Origin: Puniceicoccales bacterium
GTDB taxonomy: Bacteria; Verrucomicrobiota; Verrucomicrobiia; Opitutales; LL51
DNA: 32,000 nt
Direction: 5' to 3'
Assembly (NCBI GenBank): GCA_031283585.1
Contig: JAITBP010000003.1
Coordinates: 109,163 to 141,162 of the forward strand
The translations under genes were made by a program, and so were the position numbers. Below are positions 1-8,003 of the stretch, in pieces; the first letter of the stretch is position 1; every line of letters begins with the position of its first letter. The notes beneath the pieces were generated by a model that was given only the letters and a program-made list of their open reading frames with translations, was not told where the DNA came from and made no database searches.

Positions 1-1107
1 GATAGAAGCATTTATGGAACTTATTCTGGCATCTTCTGCTAGAGAAGGCCCTATTTCGTTAACCTCTATGAGCTTTAATGCAAACTCGAGCGGATTGTTT
101 AGCACATTTGCCAGTTCGATGGCATCGCGCTGGGAGAATGAACCAGAAATGCTTGCTCGACCTTCATCGATTTCACTTCTAATTACTGGTGCTGAACAAA
201 GTTTGCCATCAAGTACAATCGCCAGAGGTCTATTTATATTATTCCTGGTTATGGTTGCGAATTTTTTCGCACCTTCATCGGTCATGGCGATACTTACTTC
301 GTAGCCACCGAATTGGTTAATAACTGGTATGGCAGACTTTATGAATTTCCCGGTCATCTCGGGAATTCGCTTAACATACATCGGAATGCTTATCATTTTT
401 CCGGTGTTTTTGTCTTCGTATTCTTCCACAAGCAGTTCATAGCCAGGAGGAACGTCGCTGTCGGTGACAGATTTTGGTTCCAAATCAGGATGAACTAACC
501 TAAATTCCAGTTTCGCTGGCTTTTTGATAGCATCGATTATCTCCGGATTGTCCTGGGTTGATAGGCCAGGTAATTGTATTTCAATCTGGTTGATTCCCCG
601 GGTGCGAATAATTGGCTCTGCCACCCCGAGGCCATCCAAGCGCTTACTCATTATCTGGATGGTTTTATCAAGATTAATAAAAGAATCTTCGGTTTTTTTG
701 GCTTTTATTTCGTCGGAAATTTCCAGGGTGAACGAGATGCCACCTTGCAGATCCAAGCCTTTACGTAGCTTGCTATGGGTTTCGTTTAAAATCGCGCCCA
801 ATATTATGGAATTTTTCTTTTCCAAATTTTTGACATCGGCTATGTTGAGGTCACTGAAGTATTGTGACAAATCCAAATGCTTTTCCTTTGCCACCTCTTT
901 TATTGCGACAAACAGGCTCGGCGTCTGTTTATTGTCGACAATATCTCGAGCTTCTTTTAGCACCTCCAGAAATTCCTCTTTATTGGATGTGGCGCGATGC
1001 TGGATGTAATCGTTGAACACTCGATCGTTGATTGGTATCAAACATATAAATGACACCAACACAATCGTTATACATAACGCTAACCTTGAAAATATATCCC
1101 TAGCCAT
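1..1107 (-). CDS. secD: Protein-export membrane protein SecD (or fused SecDF), N-terminal 369 codons. The 3' end runs off the left edge of the window.
   Basis: Absent from the ORF track because no stop codon lies in the window. My own minus-strand translation from ATG (1107..1105) stays open to position 1, exactly 369 codons. It reads MARDIFSRLALCITIVLVSF (N-terminal TM) ... RKGLDLQGGISFTLE ... MSKRLDGLGVAEPIIRTRGINQIEIQLPG ... KPAKLEFRLV ... NRPLAIVLDGKLCSAPVI, which are typical SecD periplasmic-head motifs. It lies directly downstream of yajC, as in the canonical yajC-secD-secF order. The plus-strand ORFs 14..304, 313..498 and 524..1009 are antisense shadows. Confidence 0.85.
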   Translation of the reverse strand, partial: MARDIFSRLALCITIVLVSFICLIPINDRVFNDYIQHRATSNKEEFLEVLKEARDIVDNKQTPSLFVAIKEVAKEKHLDLSQYFSDLNIADVKNLEKKNSIILGAILNETHSKLRKGLDLQGGISFTLEISDEIKAKKTEDSFINLDKTIQIMSKRLDGLGVAEPIIRTRGINQIEIQLPGLSTQDNPEIIDAIKKPAKLEFRLVHPDLEPKSVTDSDVPPGYELLVEEYEDKNTGKMISIPMYVKRIPEMTGKFIKSAIPVINQFGGYEVSIAMTDEGAKKFATITRNNINRPLAIVLDGKLCSAPVIRSEIDEGRASISGSFSQRDAIELANVLNNPLEFALKLIEVNEIGPSLAEDARISSINASI

Positions 1108-1146
1108 AATTACAGAAATAACAATATGTGAACCATTTGATTTATG

Positions 1147-1443
1147 TTAATCTAATTTTGCATGTACAAATGATCTATGCAACTCCACATGAACACCATT
1201 TGATATTTCCACCACAAATATGCTGTCTTTTACATCTATAATTTTGGCAAATATTCCGGAGGTGGTCAATATGCGGTCATTTTTTTTGAGAGCCTTGATC
1301 ATTTCATCATGGCGCTTCTGCTTTTTCCTTTGTGGTGCTATCAATATGAACCATAGGCCAATAAAAAACAAGGCATAGGCTAGTAAAGGAATACCTATAC
1401 CTGGTGTTTGTGACTGTACAATTTGATCAGATTCAACACTCAT
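1147..1443 (-). CDS. yajC: Preprotein translocase subunit YajC
   Basis: 98 aa. It has a single TM helix (IPLLAYALFFIGLWFILIAPQRKKQK) followed by the conserved YajC core (MIKALKKNDRILTTSGIFAKIIDVKD..VVEISNGVHVEL). It sits immediately upstream of secD on the same strand. Confidence 0.85.
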   Translation of the reverse strand: MSVESDQIVQSQTPGIGIPLLAYALFFIGLWFILIAPQRKKQKRHDEMIKALKKNDRILTTSGIFAKIIDVKDSIFVVEISNGVHVELHRSFVHAKLD

Positions 1444-1501
1444 ACGCGGTTTAATTGTACCTGATCAATAAAATTTGTTAAACAACTGCAAGATTCTTTT
1501 C

Positions 1502-2422
1502 CTATAAGCTTAATTTCTGTCGTGGATTTAGCCAAACCTGAACCACATCTGCCAATGTGTTGAATAGAATAATCAGTAGGGCATAGAAGTTTACAATACC
1601 TAGGATCAGGGTATCATCCCGGTTAGAAATCGCATTGATAAACAACCTGCCGATGCCAGGAATATTGAATACGGTTTCGATGACTATGGCTCCACTGATA
1701 AGACTAGCAAAGGCCGGGCCTAGGAACGCAATGACTGGTTGTAGTCCGTTGCGTAGTACATGGATAAAAAAAATTCTTAGTTTTGAAAGACCCTTGGCTC
1801 TGGCTGTGATAACATAGGGCCTGTTCATAGCTGCCAGTATACTGTCCTTTGATAATTTGCTTATATAGGCTGTATAAATCGTGCCCAGTGTCACTGATGG
1901 TAGAAACTTGTTGCTAAAATCAGACCAGCCAGAAACCGAAAACATATGAAGTTTTATGGCAAAAATATATGCTAAAATTGGGCCCAGCACAAATGTGGGT
2001 AGGCATACGCATAGGCTCGATAGGGATGAGAAAAAAATATCGATTTTTGTATAACTGTATATGGCTGAGATAGATCCAAATAAAATCCCAAATGTGGTTG
2101 CTATTAACAGTCCATAGCATGCTAATTCGAAACTTATGGGTGCCTTGGTCATCACCAATTCGGTCACATCCCAATCGGTGTACTTATAGGATGGCCCGAA
2201 GTTACCATGTAGCATGTTATTTACATAGTTGAAGTACTGAACTATCAATGGCTTATCAAATCCATAATAGCTGTTCAAAGCTACTTTTACCTCGCTGGGA
2301 ACCTCCCGTTCCATGTCAAAAGGTCCGCCCGGTATGATTCTGACAATAAAGAAAGTTATGGTTATTACCGTTAAAATCACAGGTATCGCATACAATGTTC
2401 GGCGTATTAAAAATTTAAACAT
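1502..2422 (-). CDS. ABC transporter permease, OppB/DppB (peptide/nickel) family
   Basis: 306 aa. The N-terminus MFKFLIRRTLYAIPVILTVITITFFIVRIIPGGP and the EAA-loop region PYVITARAKGLSKLRIFFIHVLRNGLQP ... VIETVFNIPGIGRL are hallmarks of this permease family. Multiple TM segments are present. Confidence 0.85.
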   Translation of the reverse strand: MFKFLIRRTLYAIPVILTVITITFFIVRIIPGGPFDMEREVPSEVKVALNSYYGFDKPLIVQYFNYVNNMLHGNFGPSYKYTDWDVTELVMTKAPISFELACYGLLIATTFGILFGSISAIYSYTKIDIFFSSLSSLCVCLPTFVLGPILAYIFAIKLHMFSVSGWSDFSNKFLPSVTLGTIYTAYISKLSKDSILAAMNRPYVITARAKGLSKLRIFFIHVLRNGLQPVIAFLGPAFASLISGAIVIETVFNIPGIGRLFINAISNRDDTLILGIVNFYALLIILFNTLADVVQVWLNPRQKLSL

Positions 2423-2434
2423 GACAGGCAGGCA

Positions 2435-3397
2435 TTATATAAAGGTTTTATTGTAATAACGAGCACGCAGACCAGCAATCCATTTATTATAAAGCTCTTC
2501 ACTGAGTTTTTTGGAAATTTTTTTCTCTATATCATCGGATGCTTCCTGGAGAGTCAGTTGATGGGCTTCAGATATCCATTTGTTGACAATTATCATAATG
2601 TAATGTCCTTTGATTTTTATTGGCTTCGATGCCATGCCCTCCTGTAATAAGCCGACCTCTTGACGTAGTTCGTCGATGACATCGGCTAGGGAAATTTTCC
2701 CAAGTGGAGTTACTGATATGTCGCAGCTATTGTGATATTTTTTTACTATTTCATTTAGATTTTCATTTTTTGAGAATTTTTTGTAAATATCATCTATGGT
2801 GGCATCGATATCCTGACAACCATTATGAGGGAAAATCGCTACCTGAGATATGTCTATTTCCGCATCTTTATAAAAATCATTATAATGTGCATCGTAGAAT
2901 TCTTTTATCTGTAGTGGGCTTACTTCAAAGTGTTGACCAATCCTTTGCTTAAGCATAAAGCTCGATATGGCATTTTTTTGTATATCATCTTTGAATGCTT
3001 TGGCTGATTGACCGGTCATATGAAGATATTCGGAGAATATCACCCGGTTACCTCCAAAATCTTCGTTGAGGATTTGTATAAATCTCTTATCCTTAAAGTG
3101 TTCTGGTGCTTTGCCCTTCATCCTTTCGAATTCTTTATTCATCAATTCCATGTCTATATTATGCTGAAGTATTTTTCGACCGAGTTTGTCCAGCATATCT
3201 GGATTGTTATTGTATCTACCGTTGGTTTCCTCCGACAGTTGTACTCCAATTTGATGGGATGTGATTGCCCTATCATTGGCTACGGCTGCTATCTGATTCA
3301 TGTATAGTATAGTTGGGTCCTGAGGCGTTGTTGTAGCCGAAGCAAGTACGAAACAGCCCATAAATATTGAGGCAAGTGAACAGAAAAATGATTTCAT
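2435..3397 (-). CDS. Periplasmic SurA-like chaperone / parvulin-type PPIase family protein (the PPIase domain looks divergent)
   Basis: 320 aa with a signal peptide (MKSFFCSLASIFMGCFVLASA). The N-terminal region (IAAVANDRAITSHQI ... ILQHNIDMELMNKEF ... AKAFKDDIQKNAISSFMLKQRI) is laid out like the SurA N-terminal chaperone domain. The C-terminal part (LGKISLADVIDELRQEVGLLQEGMASKPIKIKGHYIMIIV) resembles a degenerate parvulin domain. The assignment is by remembered family pattern only. Confidence 0.5.
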   Translation of the reverse strand: MKSFFCSLASIFMGCFVLASATTTPQDPTILYMNQIAAVANDRAITSHQIGVQLSEETNGRYNNNPDMLDKLGRKILQHNIDMELMNKEFERMKGKAPEHFKDKRFIQILNEDFGGNRVIFSEYLHMTGQSAKAFKDDIQKNAISSFMLKQRIGQHFEVSPLQIKEFYDAHYNDFYKDAEIDISQVAIFPHNGCQDIDATIDDIYKKFSKNENLNEIVKKYHNSCDISVTPLGKISLADVIDELRQEVGLLQEGMASKPIKIKGHYIMIIVNKWISEAHQLTLQEASDDIEKKISKKLSEELYNKWIAGLRARYYNKTFI

Positions 3398-3419
3398 AAT
3401 ATTAGAGTAATTTTTATTA

Positions 3420-3447
3420 TTTATAATATATTAAAAAAGAAAGACAA
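3420..3447 (-). promoter_or_regulatory. Possible sigma-70-type promoter for the SurA-like/permease genes
   Basis: On the minus strand: TTGTCT (3447..3442), a 16-nt spacer, then TATAAA (3425..3420), about 23 nt upstream of the ATG at 3397. It lies in the 98-nt AT-rich spacer after mpl. AT-richness makes chance matches likely. Confidence 0.2.
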
Positions 3448-3495
3448 AATTAACCCACCGGGTATGATATCCAAAATTCATGGCTGTTTATCATG

Positions 3496-4890
3496 TTAGC
3501 CGAGAATTTCCACAAATTTTTTCGGTATGTTACCAAAATTTCCATTGGATAGGAAAGCCACAACGGTAGCTTCGGTAAATTTCATTTCTGTCAGGGCCGA
3601 CAAAATTTCTTCATTGTTCAGTGCCCTGGCACTTATACCAGTTTTGTTTAAATCTTCGGAGAGCCTGGCGGTATCAAGAGTGGTTTCTCTGGATTTAAAT
3701 ACATTTGCTATGAACACATGGTCGGATTCATCGAATGCACCGATGAACTCGTTCTGAAATACGTTGGAGCAAGCGGTGTTACTTCTTGGTTCAAAACAAG
3801 TTATAATCCTATGGCCGGGGTATTTTTGTCTGAGACTTTCCAGGGTTACTTTTATGGCAGTTGGATGGTGTGCGAAGTCGTCAATTACGGTTAATTTTTC
3901 GTTAGAGACCAACACTTCTTGGCGTTTTTTTATGCCTTTGAAATCCGGTAGCCATCTGATGTCAGTTCCAAGGGGGTCACCGGAAATGGCCAAGCCCGAT
4001 GCGATGATTGACATCATGGTATTGCGAGCATTGTACTTACCAAATAAACTCGATGCTATCTGCATTTTTCTGCCAGATTTTTTTTCAACAATTTCGAAGG
4101 TGGTAAACGAGTCGTTGACCACAAAATTCCTCAGCAGGTAGTCATTATCGTCATTTTCACCAACAAATATGGATTTCGTCCAGTTTACTGGAAGAATGGA
4201 CCTGATATTTGGGTCATCACCATTGGCGACGATGCAACCATTTGATGGAACAACTCGTACAAGATAGCTGAAGGATTTTTTGATATCCTGGATGTCGCGA
4301 AAAATATCACCGTGGTCGAACTCTATATTTCCAATCACAAGTATATCCGGCGCATAGTGTATAAACTTGCTTCTTTTGTCAAAAAATGCCGAATCATACT
4401 CATCACCTTCTATTATAAATGGACCATTTTCATCACCAATATGGCTTCCGGATGAGAAATCCAATGGCACTCCACCTATCATATATCCTGGATTTAGACC
4501 ATTTTTTTCCAGTATGAATGAGGTCAAGGTTGTTGTGGTTGTCTTTCCATGGGTACCAGTTATGACGATGCTTAGTCGTTTTTTTATTATTTCCCTATGA
4601 ATAAATTCAGGTAAGGAACAATAGGGTATTTTTTTTGTAGACAGTAACCATTCCACTTCCTCATTTCCTCTGGGTATGGCATTCCCTACAATGACCACAT
4701 CGGGGTTCAGGTACTCAATTCTAGCGGCAGAGAAGGAATCATATATTTCGAGATTATTTGCTTCTAACAGTCCGGCCATTGGCTGATATGGCTTTGAATC
4801 AGAACCACATACGCCATGACCAAGTTTACTTAACATAATCGCCACATTTCCCATGGCCGTCCCACAGATTCCTATAAAATAAATTTTCAT
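3496..4890 (-). CDS. mpl: UDP-N-acetylmuramate:L-alanyl-gamma-D-glutamyl-meso-diaminopimelate ligase (murein peptide ligase Mpl)
   Basis: 464-aa Mur ligase. The N-terminal loop GICGTAMGNVAIML is Mpl-type. It also has the ATP P-loop ITGTHGKTTTTTL, GGVPLDF, EGDEYDSAFFDKRSKF and DDFAHHPTAI. It is colinear with E. coli Mpl as I recall that sequence. Confidence 0.8.
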   Translation of the reverse strand: MKIYFIGICGTAMGNVAIMLSKLGHGVCGSDSKPYQPMAGLLEANNLEIYDSFSAARIEYLNPDVVIVGNAIPRGNEEVEWLLSTKKIPYCSLPEFIHREIIKKRLSIVITGTHGKTTTTTLTSFILEKNGLNPGYMIGGVPLDFSSGSHIGDENGPFIIEGDEYDSAFFDKRSKFIHYAPDILVIGNIEFDHGDIFRDIQDIKKSFSYLVRVVPSNGCIVANGDDPNIRSILPVNWTKSIFVGENDDNDYLLRNFVVNDSFTTFEIVEKKSGRKMQIASSLFGKYNARNTMMSIIASGLAISGDPLGTDIRWLPDFKGIKKRQEVLVSNEKLTVIDDFAHHPTAIKVTLESLRQKYPGHRIITCFEPRSNTACSNVFQNEFIGAFDESDHVFIANVFKSRETTLDTARLSEDLNKTGISARALNNEEILSALTEMKFTEATVVAFLSNGNFGNIPKKFVEILG

Positions 4891-5927
4891 GTACGTATAC
4901 CGAGTATTATTGAGCTCAATCCACTACCTATGCCAAGCAATGCATAATTTGAGTCATTTTTTATCAATCCGGTTGATCTGGCTATGGCTAATGTGATCGG
5001 TAGTGCTACTGAACCAGTATTACCTAGGTAGGTATAGGTGGAAAAATCCTTATGAATATCTAATCCCAGTGTTTCATAAAGCCTTACCATATGTCTTCTA
5101 CTTACTTGATGACATAGAGATTTGTCAATTATTTTATCATTCCAGCCGGATGATTTACAGAATTTTTCCCAGTTCGATGATGCCAATGATATGCCGGCGT
5201 TCAGTAATTTTTCGGATTCGGTTTGCATGGTTAGTGAATTATTCGCAACATCACCTTCACATAGGTTGCAGGCACTGGAATCTGACAGGACATTTGCGTA
5301 TTTTACCCTTGGGCTGGAAGTGGAAAGTGAACTGTGGCATAGCAGTGCAGCAACGGCTCCGGAGCCCAACGTCAGGTTCGCAAAATATGGTTTGATTTCA
5401 TTTCTATCAAAACGAGATGAATTAAGTATGGATATGGTGTTATCTAGCACTGGCTTACCATCTTCTCCAGAAACTATCAGCGCGCAGCCTATCCGGCCGG
5501 ATTCTATCATTCCTCCGGCGATGAGTATGGCGTTTAAAAACCCTAAACAGGCATTTGATAGATCGAAAAATTGCGCAGACTTGCTGAGGCCCAGTATGTT
5601 GTGTACATAGGCAGCCGTCGATGGTTCAATCCGATCTCTACACACCGAAGAATGTATCAGCAGCTCTATGTCATTCTTCTTGAACTGTGATGTGCCGGAA
5701 GAGAATAATTTGTCTGCCGCTTCTGCGCTGGCTTCGGATGGTTTTTTATAATCTTTCCAGAAGCGCCGTTCCTTTATTCCTGTCATCAACTCCAGCCGCC
5801 CTTTTGGCAATCTCAATCGCTCATAGGTGCTATGTAACAGGCCTTCTATTGAATCTGAAGATACACACTCCGGTGGTAAAACATAGTCCATGGCCTCGAT
5901 CGAAACATTTTCGAAGGAAAAAAACAT
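4887..5927 (-). CDS. 3-oxoacyl-ACP synthase III (KAS III / FabH-like) family protein, a divergent paralogue
   Basis: 346 aa. It has MTGIKERRFW, an active-site Cys context DLSNACLGFLNAI, a His context CHQVSRRHM and an Asn context LGNTGSVALP, so the thiolase-fold Cys-His-Asn triad appears intact. It is distinct from the canonical fabH at 22270..23256. Its stop overlaps the mpl start as ATGA (4887..4890). Confidence 0.75.
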   Translation of the reverse strand: MFFSFENVSIEAMDYVLPPECVSSDSIEGLLHSTYERLRLPKGRLELMTGIKERRFWKDYKKPSEASAEAADKLFSSGTSQFKKNDIELLIHSSVCRDRIEPSTAAYVHNILGLSKSAQFFDLSNACLGFLNAILIAGGMIESGRIGCALIVSGEDGKPVLDNTISILNSSRFDRNEIKPYFANLTLGSGAVAALLCHSSLSTSSPRVKYANVLSDSSACNLCEGDVANNSLTMQTESEKLLNAGISLASSNWEKFCKSSGWNDKIIDKSLCHQVSRRHMVRLYETLGLDIHKDFSTYTYLGNTGSVALPITLAIARSTGLIKNDSNYALLGIGSGLSSIILGIRT

Positions 5928-5975
5928 CAGATCCTATGCTAACGTGGTAACGGTGGAAAACAACATAAAACTATG

Positions 5976-6371
5976 CTAATCAAGGCATATATACTTAGCG
6001 TCTATGATCCTGTTGTTGTCTTTTTTCCGTATTTTACCACCTATTACCACTTTTTTATCAATGAACTTTGATATATCGCTCTGGAGTACCGCTTTGGAAG
6101 TTTCCACATAGGCAACCCTAGTACCATTGGAACCAACAAGTTCGTATTTAGCTTCGGGACTAAATAGTCCAAAAAACCCAAACAGAAATTTTTTTGGTTT
6201 TTTTAGTGTGCCAGCATATTGATAATCCTTCCATAGCTCTATTTGTTCATGATCTGCAGTGGCATAGCCAAATGTATCGGTGGTTTTTGCTATGGAATCC
6301 ATCGGCATACCTAGAGATATCAAAGATACAAGCAATACAACTTTCAACATGAAACAGATCTTTATTAACAT
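5976..6371 (-). CDS. Small secreted protein of unknown function
   Basis: 131 aa. It has an N-terminal hydrophobic signal-like segment (MLKVVLLVSLISLGMPMDSIA) and a basic, beta-rich-looking C-terminal part (VAYVETSKAVLQSDISKFIDKKVVIGGKIRKKDNNRIIDAKYI). It is co-directional with the HtrA-like gene and 27 nt downstream of it. I recognise no family with confidence. Confidence 0.5.
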   Translation of the reverse strand: MLIKICFMLKVVLLVSLISLGMPMDSIAKTTDTFGYATADHEQIELWKDYQYAGTLKKPKKFLFGFFGLFSPEAKYELVGSNGTRVAYVETSKAVLQSDISKFIDKKVVIGGKIRKKDNNRIIDAKYICLD

Positions 6372-6398
6372 GTGAGATTTTCAAGAATTTTTTTCTTG

Positions 6399-7502
6399 TT
6401 AATTAAAATGGCTTTGGTCATCTAATTTAACTGGCAGTTGTAGCATATTTCCTTTGCGAATTATGTCTATGTTAACAATATCTCCTGGTCTCAGCAGGAA
6501 TAATGAATTAGCTATATCTCCAATATTAACAATTTTATTACCATTTATTGCAGAAATTACATCATCGATCAATATGCCTGCCTTTTCTGCAGGTGAATCC
6601 TGTTGAATCCTGGAGACAAGAATTTGGACACCATTTTCCTGGGTATATTGCTGATGGACAAAAAACCCTGCAGTACAATGGGTTACGCCACCTGTCTTAA
6701 TTATGTCGCTGCATACCCGATCCAATGTCCAGGCCGGCATGAGAAAACTTGAACGCATGTCAGGCAGGGAAGCTATCATTATTCCGGCCAATGTGCCATC
6801 TATAGAAAATACCGGTGAGCCGGTTTCTCCACCATCTATCGGTAGGTTGGTTCTGGTCAATTTAACCGGGAAAGATGTACTTCCATAGCTGGAGTTTTCG
6901 CCAACGATTATGCCAAAATTTGGCGATGGATCCAGTCCAAGTTTACATTCCACCGAGACTAAAAATTCACCACAGCATACATTGCCTTTGGGTTTTCCAT
7001 CGGTGATGTCTATTATATCAAAATGATCAGGTTTTTTTAAAAGTCTCACTATGGCTATGTTTGTTATGCGATCAGACCCGACGAGTTCAGCGGCATATGA
7101 CAACCCATTGAATTCTACCCATATGTTCGTTGCATCATCGACGATGATTGCGCTGGTAACAACCCGGGCCATGTCATCGATAAAAAAACCAGACCCAAAC
7201 AAAATTTTGTTACTGAGTTCTGGATTTTTGCCAGCCGGACTTTTGGTTGAATCTGGTTGTTTGTCATCCTTGGTCTCGGACTTCGCGCTCGATGTTTCGT
7301 TGTTACTAATGCGAATTCCTATGATTCGCACGACCGCGTCCTTTTTTTTATAGAAAACATCGCTAACAAAAGAAAACGGCATCGGGTTGATTGGATTGCC
7401 AATGGCTGTTCCACAGCTCTTGGCCGTTGAATCAGATGTATCGCCATTACAATTAGATAGGCAAATAACAATCGATATGACTATACAAAACACATAACGC
7501 AT
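6399..7502 (-). CDS. HtrA/DegS-family trypsin-like fold plus a single PDZ domain, with all catalytic-triad positions substituted (probable pseudoprotease)
   Basis: 367 aa with an N-terminal hydrophobic anchor or signal. The protease-domain blocks LFGSGFFIDD..VVTSAIIV, ELVGSDRITNIAIVRL and LPIDGGETGSPVF align to the DegP/DegS blocks GSGVII..VVTNNHVV, MVGKDPRSDIALIQI and INRGNSGGAL. The PDZ domain is QILVSRIQQDSPAEKAGILIDDVISAINGNKIVNIGD...GDIVNIDIIRKG. Confidence 0.7.
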   Translation of the reverse strand: MRYVFCIVISIVICLSNCNGDTSDSTAKSCGTAIGNPINPMPFSFVSDVFYKKKDAVVRIIGIRISNNETSSAKSETKDDKQPDSTKSPAGKNPELSNKILFGSGFFIDDMARVVTSAIIVDDATNIWVEFNGLSYAAELVGSDRITNIAIVRLLKKPDHFDIIDITDGKPKGNVCCGEFLVSVECKLGLDPSPNFGIIVGENSSYGSTSFPVKLTRTNLPIDGGETGSPVFSIDGTLAGIMIASLPDMRSSFLMPAWTLDRVCSDIIKTGGVTHCTAGFFVHQQYTQENGVQILVSRIQQDSPAEKAGILIDDVISAINGNKIVNIGDIANSLFLLRPGDIVNIDIIRKGNMLQLPVKLDDQSHFN

Positions 7503-7532
7503 AACAACATTCGTAACAAATCTATAGATAGG

Positions 7533-8003
7533 TTAAAACGAGTTATTACGTTTTGTCCAATAGGAAGAATCCATATCCATAGAATTGCTGACATAACATA
7601 TTGCATTTTGACTGTTAGACGTATATGATATCGTATCATGGCAACCACTGATGCATGACAGTTCATTTCTAACAAAGTCCTTTGCACCTAGCACCGAAGT
7701 GCTATTAAAGCTAGGTCTATTATCGTGATTTTGAAAATTGAATGCCACCAGTATGACTAGCAAACACATTATGTAGGAAATAAAAGGAACCATCCGTTTG
7801 CTAACTATGAAAAATAAACACACATTATCGATGCAGGTACTGCCATCAGGTGTTGGTTCTAACAATTTGCTATGTAACCGATTATCAAAATCTGCCCAAA
7901 AATCTTTAGATGGCCTTTCAGCCTTCTTGATTTGTAGCAAAATCGACACCTTTTCATCGAGTTTTTTACGATGTCTATCATCGGACGAAAAAAACAATCT
8001 CAT
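7533..8003 (-). CDS. Putative membrane-spanning anti-sigma factor
   Basis: 156 aa. Its start overlaps the ECF sigma stop as ATGA (8000..8003), and a GAGGA lies 9 nt upstream. It has a cytoplasmic N-terminal ~60 aa (..SKDFWADFDNRLHSKLLE..), one central TM helix (MVPFISYIMCLLVILVAF) and a short Cys-containing exported tail. The call rests on position and topology only. There is no HxxxCxxC zinc motif. Confidence 0.45.
   Translation of the reverse strand: MRLFFSSDDRHRKKLDEKVSILLQIKKAERPSKDFWADFDNRLHSKLLEPTPDGSTCIDNVCLFFIVSKRMVPFISYIMCLLVILVAFNFQNHDNRPSFNSTSVLGAKDFVRNELSCISGCHDTISYTSNSQNAICYVSNSMDMDSSYWTKRNNSF

Noticed and set aside
14-1009. Plus-strand ORFs 14..304, 313..498, 524..1009 and 574..768
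   Set aside because: The minus strand here translates without a stop codon into a clear SecD N-terminal region (GLDLQGG, QIEIQLPG, etc.). The plus-strand ORFs are antisense artefacts.
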